From positions 1-63,157 of IMG/VR virus record IMGVR_UViG_3300033272_000024: a stretch of DNA of 63,157 bases; one strand, 5' to 3'. A program made the position numbers and the translations under genes. Positions 48,608 through 57,893 of this stretch are shown piece by piece (the first letter of the stretch is position 1; every line of letters begins with the position of its first letter). The notes beneath the pieces were generated by a model. The model was not told the origin of the DNA. It did not search any database and was given only the letters and a program-made list of their open reading frames with translations. The DNA is from a virus. Lineage: Duplodnaviria > Caudoviricetes.

Positions 48608-49120
48608 TCACTCCGCTTGCATCATGTAGTTGGCGCTACTCCAGCATCGCACGCTGTCGGGGTCTTCGGTAATGGTCACGCTGTAGTCTTCGCAACCATC
48701 GGGTATATCTAGGCCGGATTCCGCTCCTTCCAATGTGATACCAAGCATTTCGGAAAACCTCGCGGCGAAGTGGTCGCAGTCCATCGGGTCGGAATCTTGC
48801 AAGACAATCCGCAACTCTTTTACCCCGTGGCGGTCTTTGAGAATTGCAAAGGTGGGAAACGTTTCCAACAACTCCTTTGCCTGCTCGGCAAGTTGTCCGG
48901 CATTGCTGGCGCGGCGTTGCAGTTCCTCGCGCTCTGAGGCTGCTGTATCGCAGAGGGCGACAATTGAATTGTTAAGAATTCGCGTGATGTGATAAATCGT
49001 TTCTTGAAGCTGAATGAGGTCGGTAGCCTTATAGGATTCCGTCTTGATAGATAGCAGGGCTTGATCTTTTTCGTGGTTGATCTGCATTTGTAGGTTCAGA
49101 AAAATTTGATCGTGGCTCAT
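48608..49120 (-). CDS. Hypothetical early protein (acidic C-terminus)
   Basis: ATGA overlap; AAGGAG RBS. Confidence 0.7.
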   Translation of the reverse strand: MSHDQIFLNLQMQINHEKDQALLSIKTESYKATDLIQLQETIYHITRILNNSIVALCDTAASEREELQRRASNAGQLAEQAKELLETFPTFAILKDRHGVKELRIVLQDSDPMDCDHFAARFSEMLGITLEGAESGLDIPDGCEDYSVTITEDPDSVRCWSSANYMMQAE

Positions 49121-49464
49121 GCTGTCTCCTTTGCGTAGCGGGTGAATAGGTCATTGAAGGCGGCGACAAGACGGGGGCGGTTCAGTCCATCGGCCACCAT
49201 GTAAGCATCGCCGATAGAACTTGCAAAGCTGCCACCAAATAAAATCATGTACTTTGCTGCCTGTAGGCATTGCTCGTGACTAAGCGGTTCCGGTGCTTGC
49301 TCTGCTGATAAGTTAATCATGGTGTTCAAAACCACGTGAACGGCTGTGGTCACTGCTGCGCTGTTGTCGCTGGCGCGTGCTATTTGGTAGGCGTAATTTA
49401 TAGCCTCGTCCATTGTCTTGCGCGTACCAAAAACGGGTTGGCGGTATTGTTGCGGGTCGATCAT
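49117..49464 (-). CDS. Hypothetical early protein
   Basis: Likely start MIDPQ; GGSFA..I..A...AD..N..RL..AF.DLF..Y. Confidence 0.7.
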   Translation of the reverse strand: MIDPQQYRQPVFGTRKTMDEAINYAYQIARASDNSAAVTTAVHVVLNTMINLSAEQAPEPLSHEQCLQAAKYMILFGGSFASSIGDAYMVADGLNRPRLVAAFNDLFTRYAKETA

Positions 49465-49522
49465 TGTGGTTTCTCCTTTGGTTGGCATAAGTGCCCGATA
49501 ACGCTCTGCGAAGCGTTACCAG
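49465..49522 (-). ncRNA. Repeated double-hairpin cis-RNA element, copy C
   Basis: CTGGTAACGCTT-CGCA-GAGCGTTATCGG, then GGCA-CTTA-TGCC, then RBS. Confidence 0.65.
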
Positions 49523-49526
49523 TCCA

Positions 49527-49811
49527 TTACGCTGTCAGTTGTTCGGCTTCAGCTACTGCCTGCGCGTCACTGCGTCCCATGCCTTGGGCAATAAGCGCAT
49601 CGGTAAGCTGTAACGTTTTCTGGTGTTCTATGTCCTGAATCACTTTGGCAAGAATTTTCTCCTTGCTGCCCTTGTAACCCTCGGCTTTCAAAATGGCGTA
49701 GCAGGAATGTCCGTGGCTCATCTTCATGCCTTTGATCTCAAGCTTTAAGCCGCTGCGAAGGGTGCAAAGGCGGTAGAGTGCAATCTGTTCAATTTTGGTC
49801 AATGCGGTCAT
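49527..49811 (-). CDS. Hypothetical early protein
   Basis: Likely start MTALTK; LRSGLKLEIKGMKMS.G.S.Y..LK. Confidence 0.7.
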   Translation of the reverse strand: MTALTKIEQIALYRLCTLRSGLKLEIKGMKMSHGHSCYAILKAEGYKGSKEKILAKVIQDIEHQKTLQLTDALIAQGMGRSDAQAVAEAEQLTA

Positions 49812-49824
49812 GGTCGTGGCTCCT

Positions 49825-49962
49825 TTATTCTGGCAATACGCCGTTAGGCAAGAATTGACGGCCTTGGAAAACCCAAGCGCCGCCGACATAATCGCGCCGT
49901 GTCCAGATACGTCCGTCGATGCCATTGACTGTGGCGTAAGTGAAAGTGAATTCTGCTTTCAT
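49825..49962 (-). CDS. First small early gene
   Basis: Likely start MKAEFT with a CAGGA RBS. Confidence 0.5.
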   Translation of the reverse strand: MKAEFTFTYATVNGIDGRIWTRRDYVGGAWVFQGRQFLPNGVLPE

Positions 49963-50166
49963 GCTGTCTGTTCCTGTAGGGGTTGAGTTAATTAACCGAC
50001 ACATATATTTTGTTCCCGTGGAAGCCTCGCTGGTTTGATTGTTTAAATCGAAAACCGGCGCACGATAGCGGTTCCCTATGGCATTCGCATAGGCTAAGCC
50101 TATAGAAAATAGAAGGTCGATAGCCGGGGGCTTGCAGTTCACTGGCTGTTCTCTCATAATCGCACC

Positions 50167-50814
50167 ATGAACGAATCACCCAAACCATTGAAGTTAACCC
50201 GTAAACAAATACAGGATGGACTCGATCAGATCCCCTTGGATCAACTGTTTCACAAGAACGTTTCCAAGCAACTAACAGCGAAACAAAAAGGCTTCGCTCT
50301 GGATATTGCCAAGGGTGCAACAGGATCGCAGGCTTACAGAAACAACTACAACACGCACACAACTAAGCAAAACCAGGGTAACCAAGCGTGCCGCCTAACT
50401 GCTGACGACAGGATAAAGGCTGAGATTGCTGCGTACGCGCTGGCTATTGAAGCCGAGAAACATCGCTCCCCTGCTGCTCTACGTGCTTTAGTCATTCAAT
50501 CCCTTGTGCAAGTGGTCATCGATCCTGACGCTAAACACGCGACGAAGGTCGCTGCTGCTAAGGTGCTGGGCACTGTGACCGAGGTCGCTGCCTTCACGGA
50601 ACGGAAAGAGGTTCGCACTATTACTAGTAGTGAAGACGCACGCGCTAAGGTTATGGGAGAGCTTCGCAGGCTGATGGGATCGACCGCTACTGATGTGACG
50701 ATCATCGATGAAGCCGCCGACTCGCTGCTTGCCGAGCTTGCCAACCCAGCGACCGACGACGAAAGCCAGCCCGACGAAGACCCACCCATCCCCCATGCCC
50801 CCGATATAAGTTAG
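50167..50814 (+). CDS. terS: Terminase small subunit
   Basis: LTAKQKGFA..IAKG.T..QAYR..Y...A.RL....RIKAEI; KVAAAKVLG; upstream of terL. Confidence 0.8.
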   Translation: MNESPKPLKLTRKQIQDGLDQIPLDQLFHKNVSKQLTAKQKGFALDIAKGATGSQAYRNNYNTHTTKQNQGNQACRLTADDRIKAEIAAYALAIEAEKHRSPAALRALVIQSLVQVVIDPDAKHATKVAAAKVLGTVTEVAAFTERKEVRTITSSEDARAKVMGELRRLMGSTATDVTIIDEAADSLLAELANPATDDESQPDEDPPIPHAPDIS

Positions 50815-50884
50815 GCGTACCCGACTCCTACTACATACTATTCCACCCAAACTGTCCAAAAAATTTCCCAAAAAAAATCACTCC

Positions 50885-50991
50885 AAACGAAACGTTTCGT
50901 TTTTTGCAAGTTTGGTTATATAGAACGACAAAGTACATGACTAAAAGCTATAACAGCGAAACGTTTCGCGGTCATAAAAAGGAAACGTTTC
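50885..50991. promoter_or_regulatory. Cluster of three GAAACGTTTC palindromes, including an 18-bp perfect palindrome at 50885-50902
   Basis: Copies at 50889, 50958 and 50982. Confidence 0.85.
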
Positions 50992-51010
50992 GTTTTTCGG
51001 AGATTTGGTT

Positions 51011-51289
51011 ATGTTAAGAAACGAAAAGATAAGGAAAAGTTATGAAGAATGTATGGAGAGCGGCATGAGTCCCGCGCAGAAGGAAGTGTTTTTGGTGATT
51101 GATGAGTGGTGGAAGAGGTATGGGTATTCGCCGTCGATCAGGGATATAGCGTATGTGAGGGGAAAGATGGGGTTGGCGAGTACGCATAAGATTGTGGAGC
51201 GGCTGGTGAAGTTGAAGGTGATAAAGAAGATGGATGGAGCGGGGAGGACGATCCGCCCGACTTACATTCAGTTTAGACACTTGGAGTAA
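51011..51289 (+). CDS. LexA-type winged-HTH DNA-binding domain protein (no peptidase domain)
   Basis: SPAQKEVF..I..W...GYSPSIRDIA...G..S..KIV..L.....I......RTI; alternative start at 51065. Confidence 0.82.
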   Translation: MLRNEKIRKSYEECMESGMSPAQKEVFLVIDEWWKRYGYSPSIRDIAYVRGKMGLASTHKIVERLVKLKVIKKMDGAGRTIRPTYIQFRHLE

Positions 51290-51292
51290 TCA

Positions 51293-52795
51293 ATGACGGA
51301 TTTTGCAAGTATTGAGAAGTTGATGGGTAGTCTGCCGATACAGGAGCAGGAGTTGTTGCTGGGGCAAATTGAGGAGTATCGAGCGGCGCTGGCTAGGGAG
51401 GAAGCTCAGAAGAGTTTCATGGCGTATGTGAAGATGATGTGGCCGGGGTTTGTTCATGGACGGCATCATGCGGTTATGGCAAAAAAATTCGAGGCTATCG
51501 CCAATGGCACTTTGAAGAGACTGATTATTAATATGCCGCCTCGGCATACGAAGAGTGAGTTTGCTTCGTATCTACTGCCTTCTTGGTTTTTGGGCAGGAA
51601 TCCGGGAAAGAAGATTATCCAGACATCTAATACGAGTGATCTGGCGGTTAACTTTGGCCGTAAGGTTCGGAACTTGGTGGACAGTGAGTTGTATGGGAAA
51701 GTGTTTCCCGGTGTGGCGTTGAGGCAGGACAGTAAGTCTGCGGGTCGTTGGGCTACTAATCACAATGGCGAGTATTTTGCTATTGGTGTTGGCGGGACTG
51801 TTACTGGTAAGGGTGCGGATTTGCTGATTATTGATGATCCTCATTCAGAGCAAGAGGCTGCTTTGGCGGCTGGTGATCCGTCTGTGTTTGATAAGACGTA
51901 TGAGTGGTACACCTCTGGGCCGCGTCAGCGACTGCAACCGGGCGGGGCCATTGTTGTAATTATGACGAGATGGGGCCAAAAAGATTTGGTTGGCCGAATT
52001 GTTAAAGATGCCGCCATGAGGGATAAATCGGATGAGTGGGAGATTATTGAGTTCCCTGCGATCATGCCTAGTGGGAATCCGCTATGGCCTGAGTTCTGGT
52101 CGTTTGAGGAACTGGAGGCGCTAAGGGAAGAGTTGCCTCCAGCTAAGTGGAATGCTCAGTACCAGCAAGCCCCCACGGGAGAAGAAGGTGCTTTGGTTAA
52201 GAGGGAGTGGTGGAAAAAATGGCCGGGAGAAGAGCCACCACGGTGCGAGTTTATTATCCAGTCATGGGACACGGCGTTTACTAAAAGCGAGAGGTCTGAC
52301 TATTCGGCGTGTACGACATGGGGAGTTTTCCACATGAACGAAGACCCGACTGATGTAAATATTATCTTGCTGGATGCGTTTAAGAAGAGGATGGAGTTTC
52401 CTGAGCTTAAGGACAAAGCGGTTCAAATGTATAAGGAGTGGGAGCCTGATGCCTGCGTAGTTGAGGCCAAGGCTTCTGGTGCGCCGTTGATATTCGAGCT
52501 TAGGGCTATGGGGATTTCGGTATCTGATTACACGCCTAGTCGGGGTAATGATAAGTTTGTGCGACTAAACTCCGTGACTGATTTGTTCCGTAGTGGTAAA
52601 GTGTGGGCACCTGACACTCGTTGGGCTAGTGAGGTTGTAGAAGAGATTGCCGCATTTCCAAATGGCGAGCACGATGACCTTGTAGACTCAAGCACGCAGG
52701 CACTAATTAGATTTAGGCAAGGTGGCTTTATTCGTCTTGAATCAGATGAACGTGACGAAGTAAGAAGCTTCCGCCGAAAAAACGCTTATTATTAG
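51293..52795 (+). CDS. terL: Terminase large subunit
   Basis: INMPPRHTKS Walker A, TGKGADLLIIDDP, QSWDTA, EAKASG, FPNGEHDDLVDS. Confidence 0.96.
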   Translation: MTDFASIEKLMGSLPIQEQELLLGQIEEYRAALAREEAQKSFMAYVKMMWPGFVHGRHHAVMAKKFEAIANGTLKRLIINMPPRHTKSEFASYLLPSWFLGRNPGKKIIQTSNTSDLAVNFGRKVRNLVDSELYGKVFPGVALRQDSKSAGRWATNHNGEYFAIGVGGTVTGKGADLLIIDDPHSEQEAALAAGDPSVFDKTYEWYTSGPRQRLQPGGAIVVIMTRWGQKDLVGRIVKDAAMRDKSDEWEIIEFPAIMPSGNPLWPEFWSFEELEALREELPPAKWNAQYQQAPTGEEGALVKREWWKKWPGEEPPRCEFIIQSWDTAFTKSERSDYSACTTWGVFHMNEDPTDVNIILLDAFKKRMEFPELKDKAVQMYKEWEPDACVVEAKASGAPLIFELRAMGISVSDYTPSRGNDKFVRLNSVTDLFRSGKVWAPDTRWASEVVEEIAAFPNGEHDDLVDSSTQALIRFRQGGFIRLESDERDEVRSFRRKNAYY

Positions 52796-52802
52796 GACAC
52801 AC

Positions 52803-55241
52803 ATGAGCATTGAACAATCCCTCAATCCAGCGCCCTTGGGCATTTCTAGTTTAGTTGCCGAAGAAGAGCCAACAATTGAAATTGAAATTGACGGCCTAGA
52901 TGGCGTTGATATGGAAGGCTTTGAAATTGAGTCGTTTGAAGACAGTGAATTTGGCGCTAACTTGGCCGAAGAAATGTCTAACAACGAACTGCAAAGCGTT
53001 GCCAATGAGATTGTTGAATTGGTTGATGCCGACATCAACAGTCGAAAAGACTGGGTAGATATGTATGTCAAGGGCTTAGAAGTCCTTGGTATGAAGTATG
53101 AAGAGCGTACTGAGCCGTGGTCAGGTGCTTGTGGCGTGTTTTCTACTGTGCTTACTGAAGCTGCCGTTCGATTCCAAAGTGAAACTATTTTGGAAACGTT
53201 TCCCGCGCAAGGCCCGGTCAAGACGGAAATCATCGGCGCTATTGATAAGCTGAAAGAAGAAGCTGCTGAGCGAGTTCGTGAAGACATGAACTACCAGTTG
53301 ACTGAGAAAATGCCTGAATACCGGCCAGAGCATGAAAAGATGCTCTATTCGCTGGGTCTGGCTGGCTCTGCTTTCAAGAAGGTTTACTACGACTCTTCAA
53401 TCCGCCGTCAGGTGTCCATGTTTATCCCAGCGGAAGACATGATTATTCCTTACGGTTCTTCTAGTTTGATTAGCTCAGAGCGCGTGACGCACATCATGCG
53501 TAAAACGCCTAATGAAGTACGTAAGCTTCAAGTGTCTGGCTTCTACCGTGATGTTGACTTGGGTGAACCAGTAGCAATTCACACAGACATTGAGAAAAAG
53601 AAGGCTGAAGATCAAGGTTTTAGCGTTACAGACGATAACCGCTACCAGCTTCTTGAGGTTCACATTGACTACGACTTGCCGGGGTATGAAGATGAGGATG
53701 GCGTTGCCCTTCCCTACGTCATTACCATCGACCGAAACACAAATGAAGTGCTTTCGATCCGCCGTAACTACGAAGAAGATGACGAAAACCGTGAAAAGCG
53801 GCAACATTTCGCTCAATACACGTACATTCCCGGCTTTGGCGCTTATGGCATTGGCTTAATCTCCCTGATTGGCGGGTATGCCCGTGCAGGAACGTCGCTA
53901 ATCCGTCAATTGATTGACGCTGGTACGCTTTCTAACCTGCCGGGTGGCCTGAAATCCCGTGGTTTGCGTATTAAAGGCGACGATACTCCCATTGCACCGG
54001 GTGAGTTCCGTGATGTTGACGTTCCATCTGGAACTGTGCGCGATAATATTATGGCTTTGCCGTATAAAGAGCCAAGTCAAGTATTGGCCTCTTTGCTGCA
54101 AACTATTACCGACGAAGGCCGTCGTCTGGGTTCTATTGCTGACATGAATATCAGCGATATGAGCGCGAACTCTCCAGTTGGTACTACGTTAGCTATCCTT
54201 GAGCGCCAACTTAAGAATATGTCGGCAGTGCAGGCGAGAATTCATTACTCGATGAAGCAAGAGTTTAGGATGCTGAAAAGCATTATTAGAGACTACACGC
54301 CTACAGAGTATTCGTACAACCCAATTGGTAATAACCGCAAAGCCAAGCAAAGCGATTACGATTTAGTTGAAGTTATTCCGGTCAGCGACCCTAATAGCTC
54401 GACAATGGCGCAGCGGATCATGCAGTATCAGGCCGTGATTCAGTTGGCCCAAGGCGCTCCGCAGATTTATGATTTGCCACAGCTTCATCGCCAAATGATT
54501 GAAGTGCTTGGAGTTAAAAACGCTGAGAAGTTAGTGCCGGTTGAAGACGACATGACGCCGCGTGACCCAGTTAGTGAGAATATGGCATTCCTCACTGGCA
54601 AGCCAACAAAAGCTTTTATCTATCAAGACCACGATGCACACATTGCAGTGCATACGGCCATGATGCAAGACCCAACATTGATGGCGCAAATCGGGCAAAA
54701 CCCGCAAGCCCAGAAAATGATGGCTGAGATTCAGGCGCACATTGCAGAGCACTTGTCTTTTGCTTATCGCAAGAAGGTTGAAGAGCAGTTGGGCGTGCCA
54801 ATGCCAGCGCCTAATGCTAAGTTGCCAGAAGAAGTTGAAGTTCAGCTTTCCCGCATGGTTGCACAAGCTGCACAGCAAGTTTTGGCTCAGAGCAAAGGTC
54901 AGGCGCAAGAGCAAGAAGCTCAAAAGCAATCACAAGACCCAATTGTGCAAATGCAGCAGGCCGAGTTGGAAATTAAGAAAACTGAAGCACAAGCCAAGAT
55001 TGCAAAAATCCAAGGCGACTTGGAAGTTAAGAAGCAAGAGTTGCAGTTGAAGATGCAAAAAGCTAATAGCCCACAAGCTAACGTAGCTCAGTCTACGGCG
55101 GAACGTCAGCAGCTTGAGTTGCAAATGATGGCTAAACGTCATCAACAAGAAATGCAACAAGAAGCCGAATCGCATGAACAGAAAATGGCAATCGAACGCC
55201 AAACTGCCATGCAACGAAATCAGATTAATAATAGGAGTTAA
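52803..55241 (+). CDS. Portal protein (P22-like, with Q-rich barrel)
   Basis: 812 aa directly after terL; GSAFKKVYYD; C-terminal coiled coil. Confidence 0.85.
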   Translation: MSIEQSLNPAPLGISSLVAEEEPTIEIEIDGLDGVDMEGFEIESFEDSEFGANLAEEMSNNELQSVANEIVELVDADINSRKDWVDMYVKGLEVLGMKYEERTEPWSGACGVFSTVLTEAAVRFQSETILETFPAQGPVKTEIIGAIDKLKEEAAERVREDMNYQLTEKMPEYRPEHEKMLYSLGLAGSAFKKVYYDSSIRRQVSMFIPAEDMIIPYGSSSLISSERVTHIMRKTPNEVRKLQVSGFYRDVDLGEPVAIHTDIEKKKAEDQGFSVTDDNRYQLLEVHIDYDLPGYEDEDGVALPYVITIDRNTNEVLSIRRNYEEDDENREKRQHFAQYTYIPGFGAYGIGLISLIGGYARAGTSLIRQLIDAGTLSNLPGGLKSRGLRIKGDDTPIAPGEFRDVDVPSGTVRDNIMALPYKEPSQVLASLLQTITDEGRRLGSIADMNISDMSANSPVGTTLAILERQLKNMSAVQARIHYSMKQEFRMLKSIIRDYTPTEYSYNPIGNNRKAKQSDYDLVEVIPVSDPNSSTMAQRIMQYQAVIQLAQGAPQIYDLPQLHRQMIEVLGVKNAEKLVPVEDDMTPRDPVSENMAFLTGKPTKAFIYQDHDAHIAVHTAMMQDPTLMAQIGQNPQAQKMMAEIQAHIAEHLSFAYRKKVEEQLGVPMPAPNAKLPEEVEVQLSRMVAQAAQQVLAQSKGQAQEQEAQKQSQDPIVQMQQAELEIKKTEAQAKIAKIQGDLEVKKQELQLKMQKANSPQANVAQSTAERQQLELQMMAKRHQQEMQQEAESHEQKMAIERQTAMQRNQINNRS

Positions 55242-55243
55242 AA

Positions 55244-55441
55244 ATGGAATCCAAAGTATTTGATATTGCTATCGCCAAGATTGACGAACATATCAAGCTT
55301 TTGGTAGATGTCTTAAGTGGTGGTGGAGCTAAATCCTACGATCACTATAAAGAACTGTGCGGGAAAATCCAAGGTTTCCAATCCGCGCAGTATGAACTTG
55401 GCGACCTTGTGCGTAGACTTAAGGAAAATGATGAAGACTAA
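55244..55441 (+). CDS. Conserved small head-module protein
   Basis: AGGAG RBS; G..SY..Y...CG.IQG. Confidence 0.75.
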   Translation: MESKVFDIAIAKIDEHIKLLVDVLSGGGAKSYDHYKELCGKIQGFQSAQYELGDLVRRLKENDED

Positions 55442-55832
55442 ATTTGATGTTGGCTCAGTTGATCTATCTGGTTTGCTTAATACCAATCAGGAAGATAAAG
55501 CCAAACAAGTTCCAGACCCAGTGACTTACCATATTCTTTGCGTGCTTCCGAAAGCGGAAGAAGAGTATGAAGGTGGACTGATTAAATCGGCGCAGACAAT
55601 GCAGTTTGAGGAGTTGCTTTCTCCCGTACTGTTTGTAGCAAAGATTGGCCCTGATGCCTTCAAAGACGAGAAACGTTTCCCGTCCGGCCCATCCTGCAAA
55701 GTGGGTGATTTTGTTTTGGTTCGACCTAATACCGGCACACGAATGAAGATTCATGGGCAGGAAATGCGTCTTATCAATGACGATAGTGTCCAAGCAGTTG
55801 TGCAAGACCCGCGTGGCGTGAAACGAACTTAA
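55428..55832 (+). CDS. groES: GroES-like co-chaperonin (Cpn10)
   Basis: P..YHIL...EGGLI...V.KIGP...CKVGDFVL...G....G.E.RLINDD.V.AVV. Confidence 0.85.
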   Translation: MMKTKFDVGSVDLSGLLNTNQEDKAKQVPDPVTYHILCVLPKAEEEYEGGLIKSAQTMQFEELLSPVLFVAKIGPDAFKDEKRFPSGPSCKVGDFVLVRPNTGTRMKIHGQEMRLINDDSVQAVVQDPRGVKRT

Positions 55833-55841
55833 GGAACAATC

Positions 55842-56792
55842 ATGGCTGAAATTGAAAAAACTGAATTTGAGTTTCCTGATGAAAAAGAGGAAAAGCGCAC
55901 AACGGTAAAAGGTCGTGCCGAAGAGGACGATGAGCCAGAAATTGAGATTGTTGACGATACTCCTGAACAAGATCGCAACCGCTCTAAGATGGCTGAGCCT
56001 CCAAAGGAGTTTGCTGAAGACGAACTGAATAAGTACGACGAGAGCGTGCAGAAGCGTATCAAGCATTTCACCAAGGGATACCACGAAGAGCGCCGCGCCA
56101 AAGAATCCGTTCAGCGTGAGAAAGATGAAGCCTTGCGCTTTGCCCAATCTCTTGTTGATGAGAATAAGCGTCTGAAAGGTTCTGTCAGCCAAGGCCAAGC
56201 GGCTTTGATTGAACAAGCCAAGAAGGTAGTTGCTAATGAGCTTGAAAAAGCCAAGCAGCAATACAAAGATGCCTATGAAGCTGGTGACTCCAGCGCAATG
56301 GTTGACGCCCAAGAGAATCTAACTTCAGTTAAAATGAAGTCAGAGCGAGTGAATAACTTTAAGCCTGCTCCTTTACAATCTGAGGAAGCTGATGTACAAA
56401 TACAGCAACCGAAGCAGAAGGAGCCAGTAATTGATGAGAAGTTATCAAACTGGCAGGAAAAGAATCCTTGGTTTGGTAAGAATAAACGGATGTCAGCTTA
56501 TGCACTTGGATTGCATGAGGATTTGACTGAAGAAGGAATTACGACTGGCAGCGACGAATACTACCGACGTATTGACGCTGACATGAAGAGTAGATTTTCG
56601 GAACAGTTTGGAGCCGAAGAGAACGTTGATGCGAAACCTCAACGAACTAAATCCAACGTTGTTGCACCTGCAACCCGTAGCACAGCGCCTCGAAAGATCG
56701 TGCTTACGCAGACACAGGTGAATCTCGCCAAACGGCTTGGTGTTCCATTGGAACTCTACGCTCGTAAGGTTGCTGAAGAAATGAGGAAATGA
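55842..56792 (+). CDS. Capsid scaffolding protein
   Basis: Acidic N-terminus, coiled coil, NPWFG, C-terminal LT..Q..LA.RLGV..E.YA. Confidence 0.75.
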   Translation: MAEIEKTEFEFPDEKEEKRTTVKGRAEEDDEPEIEIVDDTPEQDRNRSKMAEPPKEFAEDELNKYDESVQKRIKHFTKGYHEERRAKESVQREKDEALRFAQSLVDENKRLKGSVSQGQAALIEQAKKVVANELEKAKQQYKDAYEAGDSSAMVDAQENLTSVKMKSERVNNFKPAPLQSEEADVQIQQPKQKEPVIDEKLSNWQEKNPWFGKNKRMSAYALGLHEDLTEEGITTGSDEYYRRIDADMKSRFSEQFGAEENVDAKPQRTKSNVVAPATRSTAPRKIVLTQTQVNLAKRLGVPLELYARKVAEEMRK

Positions 56793-57247
56793 TTATGAGT
56801 GCTACCCCGCGTACAACCCGTGAACTTGATACCCGCGACAAGATGGAGCGTCCGAAACAATGGATGCCCCCTCAACTTCTACCTGATCCCAACCCGGAGG
56901 AAGGTTATGCGTTTCGTTGGATTCGTATCAGTACGTTGAACAAGGCTGACGCTACAAACATTTCGTCAAAACTACGTGAAGGCTGGGAACCTGTAAAGGC
57001 TTCTGACCATCCTGAAATCCGCCTGTTTGGATTGGCTAATGCTCAATTCCCAGATTGCGTGGAAGTAGGTGGTTTGTTGCTTTGTAAAACCCCAGTTGAA
57101 TTTACTGTGCAACGTGACGCATATTATCGCCAACAGGCAGATGTGCAGATGTCGTCAGTAGACAGCAACTATATGCGCGAAAGCGATCCACGGATGCCGC
57201 TCTTTAAAGAGAAAAGCTCCAAAGTGACTTTCGGAAAAGGTAATTAA
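56789..57247 (+). CDS. Conserved head-module protein
   Basis: GYAFRWIR...REGWEPV...GGLLLCK. Confidence 0.75.
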   Translation: MIMSATPRTTRELDTRDKMERPKQWMPPQLLPDPNPEEGYAFRWIRISTLNKADATNISSKLREGWEPVKASDHPEIRLFGLANAQFPDCVEVGGLLLCKTPVEFTVQRDAYYRQQADVQMSSVDSNYMRESDPRMPLFKEKSSKVTFGKGN

Positions 57248-57264
57248 ATTTTAAGGAGTCGTAA

Positions 57265-57882
57265 ATGGCTTATCCCACTGTAGAAGCCCCGTACGGGCTA
57301 AAGCCAGTCAATTTGATTGGTGGTCAAGTTTTTGCGGGTTCAACCCGAACGATGGAAATTGCAAGTGGTTATGCCACTAACATTTTCTATGGCGACTTTG
57401 TTAAGCTCGTCGTTGGCGGAACCATTGAGAAAGATACTGGCACAACGGCTAACAGCCCTTGCGGCGTCTTCCTCGGTGTTAGCTTCACCAACTCGTCTAC
57501 TGGTCAAATCCAGCAACAACAGTTCTATCCAGCTAGTCAGCAAATCAAAGCAGGTACGAAAGTCCTTGCCGTGGTTGTAGATGACCCGGATACCCTGTTC
57601 CAAGTTGCAGTTTGTTCGTCTGGTGTGGTTATGGCTACTGTTGGTCAGAATTCAGTCGGCACTAATATGTCGATTCTGGCTACTGCTGGCTCTACTGCTA
57701 CTGGTAACTCTAGCTACTCGGTGTTGAGCACTTCGCCAGCAGCGACTGCTACGTTCCCAGTTCGCGTTATCGCTGTTGTTCCTGATACCGCTCCATCTGC
57801 AACTACGTTCAGTGAAGTGATTGTTAAGATCAACTTTGGTATCCACCAATATAACAAGGCTACCGGCTTGGCCGCTGCTTAA
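57265..57882 (+). CDS. Capsid decoration / cement protein
   Basis: APYGLKPV...IFYGD.V...GVF.G...DDPD..F; precedes the MCP. Confidence 0.65.
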   Translation: MAYPTVEAPYGLKPVNLIGGQVFAGSTRTMEIASGYATNIFYGDFVKLVVGGTIEKDTGTTANSPCGVFLGVSFTNSSTGQIQQQQFYPASQQIKAGTKVLAVVVDDPDTLFQVAVCSSGVVMATVGQNSVGTNMSILATAGSTATGNSSYSVLSTSPAATATFPVRVIAVVPDTAPSATTFSEVIVKINFGIHQYNKATGLAAA

Positions 57883-57893
57883 GGAGTTAAATC

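Noticed and set aside
51011-51289. SOS-inducible CI/LexA lysogeny repressor
   Set aside because: Only the DNA-binding domain is present (no S24 peptidase), it lies in the packaging operon, and no integrase was found
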